The position numbers and the translations under genes were made by a program. A stretch of DNA of 64,000 nt, from the NCBI GenBank assembly GCA_040222015.1, contig JAVJWO010000067.1:15272-79271 (forward strand), written 5' to 3'. Position 1 is the first letter of the stretch; every line of letters starts with the position of its first letter. Of this stretch, positions 28,013 to 39,200 are shown piece by piece. Origin of the DNA: Coleofasciculus chthonoplastes F2-STO-03. Its GTDB lineage: Bacteria > Cyanobacteriota > Cyanobacteriia > Cyanobacteriales > Coleofasciculaceae. A model generated the notes under the pieces. It did not search any database. It was not told the origin of the DNA and saw nothing but the letters and a program-made list of their open reading frames with translations.

Positions 28013-28353
28013 GAACCCGTGAATGTAGATGAACCCGTGAATTAAGATTCAGTCGAAAGAGAAATTGTAATACATGTTGGACAAGATTGGCTACACCCAT
28101 AGAGCCAATCTTTTACTTTTTGAGAAGCATTTTGGGCGAGGGCGGATGGGGAAGCAATGTAGAGACGTGCCATGGCACGTCTGGAAGCGGAGGAAGATGG
28201 GGGAGATGGGGAATGGATTTCCTAATCAACAAAGGACGAATGACGAATGACAAATGACAAATGACGAACATTTCTGTTAATTTTTCGTAACGTATTAGTG
28301 ATCCCAAATATTTTATAAAGCTACACTTAAATTATACGGTTAAGAAAAAAGTT

Positions 28354-30789
28354 ATGCTGACCTCAACCCCTCAGACATCTACCCCAGTCCCTAAAGATAA
28401 ATCATTGATCCTCTGGTTTGATCAAATCCGATTGAATGATCTACCCTTGGTTGGCGGCAAAAATTCCTCTCTGGGTGAAATGATTGGACAACTCACTCCC
28501 CAGGGAATCAATGTTCCTACTGGGTTTGCGATTACGGCGTATGCGTATCGTTACTTGATCGAAAGTGCCGATTTAGAAGTCAAACTGCGCCACCTATTTG
28601 CAGATTTGAATGTGGATGATGTGAGTAATCTGCAACAGCATGGCAAAAAAGCGCGACAGTTAATCCTCAGCATGGAGTTTCCCCTAGAACTGACCCAAGC
28701 AATTCGGACAGCATATCATGAATTGTGCGATCGCTATGGGGAGGGAACGGATGTAGCTGTTCGTTCCTCTGCGACGGCGGAAGACTTGCCAGATGCAAGT
28801 TTTGCAGGTCAACAGGAAACCTATTTAAATGTAAATAGTTTCAAAGGCGTGCTGGAATTTACCCATAAATGCTTCGCCTCCCTGTTTACCAACCGCGCCA
28901 TTGCTTATCGGGAACATAACGGATTTGACCACTTTGATGTGGCACTTTCGGTGGGAATTCAGAAAATGGTGCGGTCTGATTTAGCCTGTTCAGGGGTGAT
29001 GTTTTCCATTGACCCCGAAACTGGATTCAAAAATACCGCATTAATTACCGCCGCTTATGGCTTGGGCGAAACGGTGGTTCAAGGTGCGGTTAATCCCGAT
29101 GAATACGTAGTCTTTAAACCCACCTTAAAACAAGGAAGTCGCCCGATTCTGGAGAAACGCCTGGGAACCAAAGAAATTGAAATGATATACGACGAAGGGG
29201 GTTCCAGACTAACACGCAACGTGCGAGTCGCCCCCTGTGACCAAAAGAAATTCTGCCTTAAAGATGAAGAAGTCTTACAATTAGCACGTTGGGCGGTACA
29301 AATTGAAGACCATTATTCCCAACTTCGGGGACTCTATACTCCCATGGATATTGAATGGGCAAAAGATGGGATAACCGGGGAGTTATTTATTGTCCAGGCG
29401 CGTCCGGAAACCGTACAATCTCAGAAATCAGCACAAGTTCTCAAAACCTATCAGTTGAATGAACGCAGCGAAGTATTAGTTACAGGGCGTAGTGTAGGCG
29501 CAGCAATTGGTCAAGGAACTGCCCATATTATTATGGATGCGTCTCACATTCATCTGTTTGAGCCGGGAGAAGTATTAGTTACCAACCGCACTGATCCCGA
29601 CTGGGAACCGATTATGAAAAAAGCCAGCGCCATTGTCACCAACCAAGGGGGACGGACGTGCCATGCAGCAATTATTGCACGAGAAATGGGAATTCCAGCA
29701 ATTGTTGGCTGTGGAAATGCAACGGAGGTATTAACCACGGGTCAAGCGGTGACAATTTCCTGTGCGGAAGGGGATGAAGGACGAGTTTATGATGGATTAT
29801 TGCCTTTTGAAGTGCAAGAAACTCCCCTGGATAATTTACCCCGCACCCGAACCCAAATTTTAATGAATGTAGGTAATCCAGATCAGGCTTTTGGTTTAGC
29901 CGCAATTCCCTGTGATGGTGTGGGTTTAGCACGGTTGGAGTTTATTATTGCCAATCATATTGAAGTTCATCCTCTGGCGTTGATTCATTATCATGAATTG
30001 CGGGATGAATCGGTGAAAGCAAAAATCACTCAAAAGACCAATAGTTATGCTGATAAACCTCAGTTCTTTGTCGATAAATTGGCGCGGGGAGTGGGGATGA
30101 TTGCGGCGGCGTTTTATCCTAAGCCTGTGATTGTGCGGATGTCGGATTTTAAGAGTAATGAATACGCGAACCTTTTAGGGGGTCAAGAGTTTGAACCCAA
30201 GGAAGATAATCCCATGCTGGGATGGCGAGGGGCGTCGCGGTATTGTGATCCGAAGTATCGGGAAGCCTTCGCTTTGGAATGTCAGGCGATACAGCGGGTA
30301 AGGGATGAGATGGGGTTAACTAATATCATTCCGATGATTCCCTTCTGTCGCACTCCTGATGAAGGGCGTCAGGTGGTAGCGGAGATGGCGAAAAATGGTT
30401 TACCGCGTGGGGTGAATGGGTTGCAGGTGTATGTAATGTGTGAGTTACCCAGTAATGTGATGGAGGCGGATGAGTTTGCTGAAGTGTTTGATGGGTTTTC
30501 CATTGGGTCAAATGATTTGACGCAATTGACGTTAGGATTAGACCGAGATTCGGCGTTAGTGGCGCATATTTTTGACGAACGCAATCGCGGTGTAAAACGG
30601 ATGGTGAAGTTGGCGATACAAACAGCGAAAGAGTGTGGGCGTAAGATTGGTATTTGCGGTCAAGCGCCTAGCGATTATCCGGAGTTTGCCAAGTTTTTGG
30701 TGGAGGAAGGGATTGATTCAATGAGTTTGAATCCCGATTCAGTGTTAAAAACGCTGTTGATGGTGGCTGAGGTAGAAAGTCATTTGTAG
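28354..30789 (+). CDS. ppsA: Phosphoenolpyruvate synthase
   Basis: VGGKNSSLGEM, VAVRSSATAEDLPDASFAGQQETYLN, GGRTCHAAIIARE (phospho-His), GFSIGSNDLTQL. Confidence 0.97.
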   Translation: MLTSTPQTSTPVPKDKSLILWFDQIRLNDLPLVGGKNSSLGEMIGQLTPQGINVPTGFAITAYAYRYLIESADLEVKLRHLFADLNVDDVSNLQQHGKKARQLILSMEFPLELTQAIRTAYHELCDRYGEGTDVAVRSSATAEDLPDASFAGQQETYLNVNSFKGVLEFTHKCFASLFTNRAIAYREHNGFDHFDVALSVGIQKMVRSDLACSGVMFSIDPETGFKNTALITAAYGLGETVVQGAVNPDEYVVFKPTLKQGSRPILEKRLGTKEIEMIYDEGGSRLTRNVRVAPCDQKKFCLKDEEVLQLARWAVQIEDHYSQLRGLYTPMDIEWAKDGITGELFIVQARPETVQSQKSAQVLKTYQLNERSEVLVTGRSVGAAIGQGTAHIIMDASHIHLFEPGEVLVTNRTDPDWEPIMKKASAIVTNQGGRTCHAAIIAREMGIPAIVGCGNATEVLTTGQAVTISCAEGDEGRVYDGLLPFEVQETPLDNLPRTRTQILMNVGNPDQAFGLAAIPCDGVGLARLEFIIANHIEVHPLALIHYHELRDESVKAKITQKTNSYADKPQFFVDKLARGVGMIAAAFYPKPVIVRMSDFKSNEYANLLGGQEFEPKEDNPMLGWRGASRYCDPKYREAFALECQAIQRVRDEMGLTNIIPMIPFCRTPDEGRQVVAEMAKNGLPRGVNGLQVYVMCELPSNVMEADEFAEVFDGFSIGSNDLTQLTLGLDRDSALVAHIFDERNRGVKRMVKLAIQTAKECGRKIGICGQAPSDYPEFAKFLVEEGIDSMSLNPDSVLKTLLMVAEVESHL

Positions 30790-30837
30790 GGTGAATTTGT
30801 AGGGTGCGTTAGCGCAGCGTAACGCACCGCACCGACT

Positions 30838-31026
30838 GTGGGGGAATCAACGGAGGTGCAACAATCTAACCGGAATAGTCGCCAAGAAGTTACAGGGAAT
30901 AAGCCAAATAAATTTGTTGAAGCTCAATGTTGGTATAAAGATGCCAATGGTACGATTATTCTTACCGCAGAACCAACGGTTGTGACACCCCACGAAACGG
31001 GTTCGCCATCGTTCACCTGTCAATAG
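30838..31026 (+). pseudogene. Orphan C-terminal fragment of a filamentous-haemagglutinin-family gene
   Basis: FVEAQCWYKDANGTIILTAEPTVVTPH matches IIEAQGWYRDAKGTVILTAEPTRVTPH at the C-terminus of the 36253-40656 protein. Confidence 0.8.
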
Positions 31027-31285
31027 TTAAATGGTTCGTGAAACCTTACCGAAATTGAATGTGGTTGACTTAAGTGAGGTTCGTAGTTGCGATGCGAGCG
31101 TTATAAATGGTGCGTTACGCTCCGCTAACGCACCCTACAATTGTCTGAGGTGTTTGTAGTAAGGGCTTTAGCACTTGTGATCAACATAAATCTCAAAGGT
31201 TTAATGAGATGAAACGCCTAGTATCCTTATGTGTAAATAAAATATCAAAGGGCTGTGTTCCTCAGAAGTTTAATGGGTTAGCTAA

Positions 31286-34018
31286 ATGAGAAATTTATGC
31301 CTTTCTCGAATCGTGCGATCGCTCAGGCTTGTAGTCAGCGCTTCAGCGCTTATGGCACTAAAGTGCCTACTACGAACGGCGCGATCGCTCCTCTTGGCTC
31401 TGTTAGGATTAAGCTTAAGTCTGGGTATCCATACAATACCTCTAGTAAGGGCAGAACTCCCTACCACCACCGAGACTCCCGCCTTAGTCCAAGTCGGCAA
31501 AAATTACTATGATACAGGAAAATTTACTAAAGCTGTACAAATTTTACAACAAGCAGCACAGGGGTATGCTGAGACGGGGAATACCCTCCAGCAAGCTCAA
31601 GTATTAAGCCTGTTGTCATTAACGTATCAGAAACTGGGACAGTGGCAGGCGGCTGAACAAGCAATTCAAATCAGTTTGTCTTTACTCGACACTGTACCTC
31701 AAGCTAACCCAAGGGTTCGCGCTCAAGTATTCAATGCTCAAGGGCGTCTCCAATTAGCCACAGGCAACGCTGAAGCGGCTTTAGCTACCTGGGAACAGGC
31801 AGAAACTCTCTATCAGCAAGCGGGTGATCTGATAGGAGCAATTGGCAGTCAAATTAATCAAACTGAGGCAATGCAATCACTGGGATTATATCGACGAACT
31901 AAGCAACTTTATCAACGGCTAGAACAAGCTATTTTTAAATTAAATGATTCACCCGTTAAGGTAACTGGGTTACAAAATTTCGGGGCGATTTTGCGACAAG
32001 GGGGAAATTTAGCAAAATCTCAAGACATTCTCAGTCAAGGTTTAGCTTTAACTCAAGCCTTAGGCTTACCGCAACAGGAAAGTAAAATATTGCTAAGTTT
32101 AGGGAATACAGAGCAAACCTTAGCCCAACGCGCTAAAGTGTTTGAGAATTCCTCAGGCGAAGACTATATCCAAGCTGCCCTGACTCATTATCAACAGGCG
32201 GCAAGGAAAGCCACGCTTCCGTTAACCCGAATTCAAGCTAAACTGAATCAATTGAATTTATTGATTGAGACTGATTCTCTATTACCGGAGCAAGAATTAT
32301 TATCCTCAATCTCAACCGGATTATCCACTTTACCCACAAGTAGGGCTTCTGTCTATGCTCATGTTAACTTCGCTGAAAGTTTGCTCAAGATGTCAGAAAT
32401 AATGGCACATAAGCAAGGCATTAATGATAGTGTGGCAATCTTAAATACAGCGATTCAACAAGCTGAAAAGTTAGAAGATAAACGGGCGACATCGTATAGT
32501 TTGGGTACTTTAGGTAAGCTCTATGAAAAAAATCAAGATTGGACAAATGCCAAAACTGTGACCGAAAATGCACTCCTAATTGCTCAACAGATGAACGCGG
32601 CAGATATTGCCTATCAATGGCAATGGCAAATGGGGCGATTACTGCAAGCCCAAATCCAAGAGAGTTCTCAAAATCTGCCTGTTAATCCAGACGCGATCGC
32701 ATACTATAATGAAGCGGTTAAGACACTCAACAGTTTACGTGGTGATTTAGTCGCCCTCAATCCTGAAATACAGTTTTCCTTCCGAGAAACTGTCGAACCC
32801 GTTTATCGGCAATTCGTGGATTTACTCCTGCGTTCTCCCACTCCCAGCAAAAAACATCTGATCCAAGCCCGTAATATCATGGAAGCCTTGCAACTGGCTG
32901 AATTGGATAACTTCTTTCGGGATGCTTGTGCCACACCAGCAGCCGTGAATATTGATAACGTCGATCCTCAATCCGCGATCGTTTATCCGATTATATTACC
33001 TAATCGCTTGGACATCATTCTTAAATTACCTGGACAAGATAACCTGCGCCACTATGCTCATCAAGGTATCTCAGAAAATCAAGTTGATCAAGCCGTGGAA
33101 AAATTGCGCCAAGATTTAACTAAACGCAGTACAAGTATCAGTGAAATTAAACAGGATGCAGCCCAACTTTATGATTGGTTAATTCGCCCCTTTGAAGCTG
33201 ATTTAGATGCAGCCAACTCAGATAACCCCGCCGTTAAAACCTTAGTCTTTGTCCTCGATGGTTCCTTACGCAATATTCCCCCTTCTACTCTCTATGACGG
33301 AGAAAATTATTTAATTGAGCGGTATGCAGTGGCGTTAACACCCGGTTTACAACTCCTAGAACCCAAACCCCTGAAACGCGAGAATTTCCGGGGGCTGATT
33401 GCGGGAACACCCAATGCACCAAGCTTTGAAGCAGAAGGATTTTCTCCCTTAGATAATGTTGCTGATGAGTTAGCCGGAATCCAAGAACAAATCAACCTGA
33501 ATCAACTTTTAGAAAATCATGAATTTGAACAAGAAAATATCCGCAATCAGATTAATCAGGAACCCTTTAATCTAGTACATATTGCCACCCACGGCAAATT
33601 TAGTTCCAATCCCCAAAAAACCTTTATTTTAGACTGGAGTGGGCGAATTAATGTTCAGGATTTAGATGATTTATTACGCGCCAATGAACCCAATCGTACC
33701 ACTGCGATTGAATTACTGGTTTTGAGTGCTTGCGAGACAGCTACTGGGGATAAGCGTGCGGCATTGGGATTAGCTGGAATTGCGGTGCGAGCGGGCGCCC
33801 GCAGTACAGTGGCGACATTATGGCAAGTAAACGACGCATCCACCGCCGAATTTATGCAACGGTTTTACGAACAGTTAAAAGAGCCTCAACTCAGTAAAGC
33901 TGAAGCGCTGCGGCAAACTCAAATTGCTTTCTTAAGGGAGTACCCAGATGATCCAGATAAAGATTACCTACGCCCTTATCACTGGGCGCCTTTTATTCTG
34001 ATTGGGAATTGGTTATAG
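31286..34018 (+). CDS. TPR-CHAT caspase-like protease with a probable signal peptide (start could be ATG 31352)
   Basis: Hydrophobic N-terminal stretch; TPR-like helical repeats; IAYQWQWQMGR; LQLAELDNFFRDAC; CHAT HIATHG, LLVLSACETATG, PYHWAPFILIGNW. Confidence 0.92.
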   Translation: MRNLCLSRIVRSLRLVVSASALMALKCLLRTARSLLLALLGLSLSLGIHTIPLVRAELPTTTETPALVQVGKNYYDTGKFTKAVQILQQAAQGYAETGNTLQQAQVLSLLSLTYQKLGQWQAAEQAIQISLSLLDTVPQANPRVRAQVFNAQGRLQLATGNAEAALATWEQAETLYQQAGDLIGAIGSQINQTEAMQSLGLYRRTKQLYQRLEQAIFKLNDSPVKVTGLQNFGAILRQGGNLAKSQDILSQGLALTQALGLPQQESKILLSLGNTEQTLAQRAKVFENSSGEDYIQAALTHYQQAARKATLPLTRIQAKLNQLNLLIETDSLLPEQELLSSISTGLSTLPTSRASVYAHVNFAESLLKMSEIMAHKQGINDSVAILNTAIQQAEKLEDKRATSYSLGTLGKLYEKNQDWTNAKTVTENALLIAQQMNAADIAYQWQWQMGRLLQAQIQESSQNLPVNPDAIAYYNEAVKTLNSLRGDLVALNPEIQFSFRETVEPVYRQFVDLLLRSPTPSKKHLIQARNIMEALQLAELDNFFRDACATPAAVNIDNVDPQSAIVYPIILPNRLDIILKLPGQDNLRHYAHQGISENQVDQAVEKLRQDLTKRSTSISEIKQDAAQLYDWLIRPFEADLDAANSDNPAVKTLVFVLDGSLRNIPPSTLYDGENYLIERYAVALTPGLQLLEPKPLKRENFRGLIAGTPNAPSFEAEGFSPLDNVADELAGIQEQINLNQLLENHEFEQENIRNQINQEPFNLVHIATHGKFSSNPQKTFILDWSGRINVQDLDDLLRANEPNRTTAIELLVLSACETATGDKRAALGLAGIAVRAGARSTVATLWQVNDASTAEFMQRFYEQLKEPQLSKAEALRQTQIAFLREYPDDPDKDYLRPYHWAPFILIGNWL

Positions 34019-34835
34019 CCTCATCCACTATAACACTGCCAATAATGGGTTCTTGCTTAATTTCTGTTAACCCAATTCGTTTATCCCCTAAAAGTTCCAG
34101 CCAGATACTTTCTAATGTGGCATCTTCAGGGTATTTCAAACGTAATTGAGCCAATTGTGTAAGCATATCGTACCACATATCATGACGGGCATAAGCGGCG
34201 ACTCGTTCTAGGGAATTTTTTGCCTGATTTAATGCCGCCTCAAGTTCAGGAGGGTGGGAAACTCGTCGCACAAATCCTGTTAGTGATGCTGGCGTCAGTC
34301 GAGGTGTTGATTCCTGAGATTGTCTTGCACGAGGACAACTTATTTCAAAATACCAGCGATAGGTTTTATCTATTTCTAACGGCGTTTCTGTTTTGGGAAT
34401 AGTGACACTAACAATTCCGGGTGTGGCTGGCAGTTTAAAGGTGGTGCGATAAATATCATTTTCCCCCTGTTGGATAGAAAATTCTCCAGAGGATACTTTG
34501 TCTGAACTGTAGGGAACATAAATCCAAAAGGTGGGATGTTCACTCACGGTTAATTGAAAGTTTTTGCCACCTGCCATGCGCGTCAGCAGCCGATCTCCTT
34601 CCTGGTATTCACAGTCACCACGAGTACCTGTTCCATTGTCGGTTTGAGGAGTACCACCACCAGTATCATCAGGTAAATTAGGCAGGAGAGAGGGAATCGA
34701 GATTCGCTCAAAAATCGTATTCGAGGGTTGAACCTGTGCCGTCACTGGGGCAATAGTAGTCATTAAACTAATAATAATGCCAAGGGCTAGTACGGGTTGA
34801 CGACGAGGGAGAAACATCACGTTTAAAATGTTCAT
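33993..34835 (-). CDS. DUF928 domain protein
   Basis: Signal peptide, GTGTRGDC, PTFWIYVPY, LEIDKTYRWYF, MWYD; overlaps the CHAT gene's 3' end by 26 bp. Confidence 0.87.
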   Translation of the reverse strand: MNILNVMFLPRRQPVLALGIIISLMTTIAPVTAQVQPSNTIFERISIPSLLPNLPDDTGGGTPQTDNGTGTRGDCEYQEGDRLLTRMAGGKNFQLTVSEHPTFWIYVPYSSDKVSSGEFSIQQGENDIYRTTFKLPATPGIVSVTIPKTETPLEIDKTYRWYFEISCPRARQSQESTPRLTPASLTGFVRRVSHPPELEAALNQAKNSLERVAAYARHDMWYDMLTQLAQLRLKYPEDATLESIWLELLGDKRIGLTEIKQEPIIGSVIVDEAITNSQSE

Positions 34836-34912
34836 ATCTCACTTCATAAAAATACTATAGAATAAGTAGGTGGACACAATTAAAGTTAACGGTTGAGATT
34901 AGGGTAAGACTC

Positions 34913-36055
34913 TCATCGCTCAATCGCATGTTGCACCATGGCTTTGTTGACTGGTGCGGATAGAGTTTGAAGGGTGTCAGGGTTGGTTGCCAAAAGTTTC
35001 TCTACTGTCGCGCTCAACAACCGGGAGCAAATTTGACGCCAAGCCTCAAGTTGTGCTGTATGTGCTTCCTGCTGGCACCAGTGTGCGATCGCAGATGACA
35101 AGTCTTCTAGTTGATCGGGTAAGGGTTGAATGAACTCAGCTAAGTCAGCTAAGTCTTGTGGGGAGAAAAGCTGGCGTTTCTCATTTAACAGTTCAACAAA
35201 AGCGATAACATTTTGCTGCTCAAATAACTCAACAGCCTCTTGGACAAATTCCAGGGGCAAATCTAAACCTTCAGCAATCATCTCCACACTCAAACCCAAC
35301 TTGATCAGGCGTAGTATAGCGGTTAACTTGGCTTTAAGTTCGCCTCGTTGTTCACCTCGTTGTTCACCTCGCTGTTCACCTCGTTGTTCACCTTCAGAAA
35401 ACCCTTCTTGCTTGGCTTCCTGATACACTTTGGTTTGTTTGAGTTCACTTAATCCTAACATGGCTTCTATCTCCTTGCGGCTTTTTTGCGGTAATTTATA
35501 AACGATGATTGTTTCGATTAAGTCAATTAAGTCTCTTTTTGTGCTTGGATCAGCGATCTGGACTTGGGCTTGGTTGATTAACTGCCTTGCCACTGTCGGT
35601 GCTGTCTGTTGATTCTCGATCACTAGCTTAACAATGTTTACCCCCACCGAACCCGATGCGTCTGTTTCTAACTCGTCCAAGTAAATCCGTTGCACTCGAC
35701 TGAAGAGTTCCCTAAATTGTAACGGTTGTTCTCGTTCAATTCGGCGACTGGGGTAAATAACTACAACCCGCCAGGGATGAGGGGGTTTGTATTGATTTAG
35801 AAAGATAAACAGTTCTGTAAATAAACGATAGTATAAATTCTCATCGGGTTGGAACTGAACTTCGACGACGTAGAAGGGTTGGTTTGAGGTTTGGTTCTTG
35901 GGTAAAAATAAACCATCGAGTCGAAATGAGAGTTGTTTGATTTCACGGGAGGTGAATTCATACGTCGCCGCTTGTGCTGTGGATTGGTTAATCAGTTCAA
36001 AGAAGATACTGGGAAACTCTTTAAACAGGCTATAGAAGATGGTGTCAGTTTTCAC
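34913..36055 (-). CDS. Rpn-family (DUF2887 / PD-(D/E)XK) recombination-promoting nuclease-like protein
   Basis: MKTDTIFYSLF, FRLDGLFLP, VEVQFQPD, ETIIVYKLP, and GEQR x4 (12-bp repeats at ~35341-35392). Confidence 0.88.
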   Translation of the reverse strand: MKTDTIFYSLFKEFPSIFFELINQSTAQAATYEFTSREIKQLSFRLDGLFLPKNQTSNQPFYVVEVQFQPDENLYYRLFTELFIFLNQYKPPHPWRVVVIYPSRRIEREQPLQFRELFSRVQRIYLDELETDASGSVGVNIVKLVIENQQTAPTVARQLINQAQVQIADPSTKRDLIDLIETIIVYKLPQKSRKEIEAMLGLSELKQTKVYQEAKQEGFSEGEQRGEQRGEQRGEQRGELKAKLTAILRLIKLGLSVEMIAEGLDLPLEFVQEAVELFEQQNVIAFVELLNEKRQLFSPQDLADLAEFIQPLPDQLEDLSSAIAHWCQQEAHTAQLEAWRQICSRLLSATVEKLLATNPDTLQTLSAPVNKAMVQHAIER

Positions 36056-36252
36056 ATTCTCCTGGGGTAAACGTCACAGAGTTGACAAGGGGTAGTATGG
36101 CAACCTCTGTGACTCAAAATTTCTATAGCGGCGATATTGACAAAATCAACAAGATATGAATAGAGACAATGAGAGGGAGAGTAGGTCAGAGGTGTTCGTG
36201 TAGGGTGTGTTAGCGAAGCGTAACGCACCTTTCCCACTGCGTAAGTCCTGTC

Positions 36253-39200
36253 TTATTCAGAGCAGTTTATTGAACTCAACCAATTTCCATGTGGCGTTAC
36301 CCTTGTTGGTTCAGCGGTGAGAATTACAGTACCCTTGGCATCTCGATACCAACCTTGAGCCTCGATAATTCGCTTGGGTTGGTTGTCTGGGGTTTGTTGA
36401 TGGACTTTCCCTTCCCCAGACGCGCCATGGCGCGTCTCTACATCCTGGGTAGGATTAGCAGTGGATTCACTCTCAGACTCAATCCGCCAATCTTCCCAAG
36501 TCGCCTCAGGGTTGAGGGGTTCATGGGGGGGTGTGGGTAAGCCGCCGCGCCCAGTGACAATAAAGCTGCTCCCTTGAGCCGCTTGACAAAGATTCTGTTC
36601 GACTAATCGGGTGACATCCACCAACTCCCCTGGTAATTCTACCAACCCTCTGGCGGGGTCAAGGGGTACATTTAGTTGTATTTCACCGGGAGCGCCACCA
36701 AACTGGGAACTGGCGTCAATGTCGTTGGTGCGATTTCCGGGAATGGCTCGACGTTCTTCAATGCCAAAGATACCTTCACCGTTGATAATAATCCGTCCCC
36801 CGTCGCCTCGTTCGGCATTGGCAATAATATCACTACCGTTGACACCTTCTGGAGGCAGGGCAATCAGGAAGATACTGTTAATATTAATATTACCGCCATT
36901 AGCATCCTCGAAAGCTGTGGCAGAAATCAGGCTTTCATCGGTCATCAGCAGGGTGTTGAGGTTTTGCAGACGGATATTGGCACCGCCTTCAATCCCACTG
37001 GTACCGGTTTCTGCGGTGACTTGACCTTGGTTTAACTCTAGGGAATTTGCCCCGATAGTCAGGTTCCCGGCTTGTCCAGAGGGACTACTAACGGTGATTT
37101 GCGCCCCATCTTCTACCGATAGTCTCTGGGTGATGATATCTAAGTTTCCCGCTGGACCCCCTGTTGTTGCACTGGCGCGGATACCACTATCCCCGCTCAG
37201 TTGGATAAAGTCTTTGGCATCAATGCTTACATCTCCCGCCCTGGTATCACTGCGGGTTTCGGCAGAAATTAGAGCGTCGTTGGTTACGGTTAAAGAGCCA
37301 CTTAAAATTTCCACGCCCCGAGAATTCCCCTTAGCTTCCGGTTGCACTGTACTAAAAACACCACTGGGGAATCCTTGACTATCTTCCCCATCCAATAAGA
37401 TGCTATCGGTTGCCCGAATTACTATCTTACCGGCATTTCCTTCTCCCAATGTAGTGGCATCAATTCGAGCGCCATTGGTTAAGGCTAAAGAGCCACTTTC
37501 AATGTCCACGCCCCTAGAATTTCCCTTGGCTTCCGGTTGCACTGTACTAAAAACACCACTGATGTTTCCTTGACTATCTTCCCCATTCAATAAGATGCTA
37601 TCGGTTGCCAAAATCACTATCTTACCTGCATCTCCTTCTCCCAATGTAGTGGCAGAAATTCTAGCACCATTGGTTACACTTAAAGAGGCACTCTCAATGT
37701 TCACACCCCCAGAATTACCCTTGGCTCCCGGTGTCACTCCACTAAAAACACCACTGGGGAATCCTTGACTATCTTCTCCATCCAATAAGATGCTATCGGT
37801 TACCCGAATCACTACCTTACCTGCATCTCCTTCTCCCAATGTAGTGGCATCAATTACAGCGCCATTGGTTACACTTAAAAAGCTACTAAAAATTTCCACG
37901 CCCTCAGAATTACCCTTAGCTTCTTGCTCCACTTGACTTGTAACACCACTGGGGAATCCTTGACTATCTTCTCCATCCAAGAAGATGCTATCGGTTGCCC
38001 GAATTACTACCTTACCGGCATCTCCTTCTCCTCCAGTAGAGGCAGAAATTAGAGCGCCATTGGTTGTGCTTAAAGAGCCACTCTCAATGTTCACACCCCC
38101 AGAATTCCCCTTGGCTCCTAGTTGCACTGTACTAAAAACACCACTGGGTAATCCTTGACTATTTTTCCCGTCCAATAAAATGCTATCGGTTGCCAAAATC
38201 ACTATCTTACCGGCATCTCCTTCTCCAAATGTAGTGGCAGAAATTAGAGCGCCATTGGTTACACTTAAAGAGGCACTAAAAATTTCCACGCCATCAGAAT
38301 TCCCCTCGGCTCCCGGTATCACTTGACTCGTAACACCACCAGCTAATCCTTGACTATCTTCTCCATCCAAGAAGATGCTATCGGTTGCCCGAATTACTAC
38401 CTTACCTGCATCTCCTTCTCCTCCAGTATTGGCAGAAATTAGAGCGCCGTTGGTTACACTTAAAGAGCCACTATAAATTTCCACGCCCTCAGAATTTCCT
38501 TTGGCTCCCGGTTGCACTGTACTAAAAACACCACCAGCTAATCCTTGACTATCTTCTCCATCTAAGAATATGCTATCGGTTGCCAAAATTACTATCTTAC
38601 CGGCATCTCCTTCTGCAAATGTAGTGGCATCAATTTGAGCGCCATTGGTTGCGCTTAAAGAGCCACTAAAAATTTCCACGCCCTCAGAATTCCCCTTAGC
38701 TTCCTGCTCCACTTGACTAAAAACACCACTGGGGAATCCTTGACTATCTTCTCCATCCAATAAGATGCTATCGGTTGCCAAAATCACTATCTTACCGGCA
38801 TCTCCTTCTCCAAAGCTAGTGGCATTAATTTGAGCGCCATTGGTTACAGTTAAAGAGCCACTCTCAATGTTCACACCCCCAGAATTCCCCTTGGCTCCCG
38901 ATGCCACTGTACTAAAAACACCACTGGGGAATCCTTGACTATCTTTCCCATCCAATAAAATGCTATCGGTAGCCCGAATTACTATCTTACCTGCATCTCC
39001 TTCTGCAAATGTAGTGGCATCAATTACAGCGCCGTTGATTGCACTTAAAGAGCCACTATCAATTTCCACGCCCCCAGAATTTCCGTTGGCTCCCGATGCC
39101 ACGGCGCTAAAAACACCACTGGGGAATCCTTGACTATCTTTCCCATCCAATAAAATGCTATCGGTTGCCAAAATCACTATCTTACCTGCATCTCCTTCTT

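Noticed and set aside
31286..34018. TPR-CHAT as a Craspase (type III-E CRISPR) component
   Set aside because: No Cas7-11 gene or array is present; the protein has a signal-like N-terminus and DUF928/FHA neighbours.
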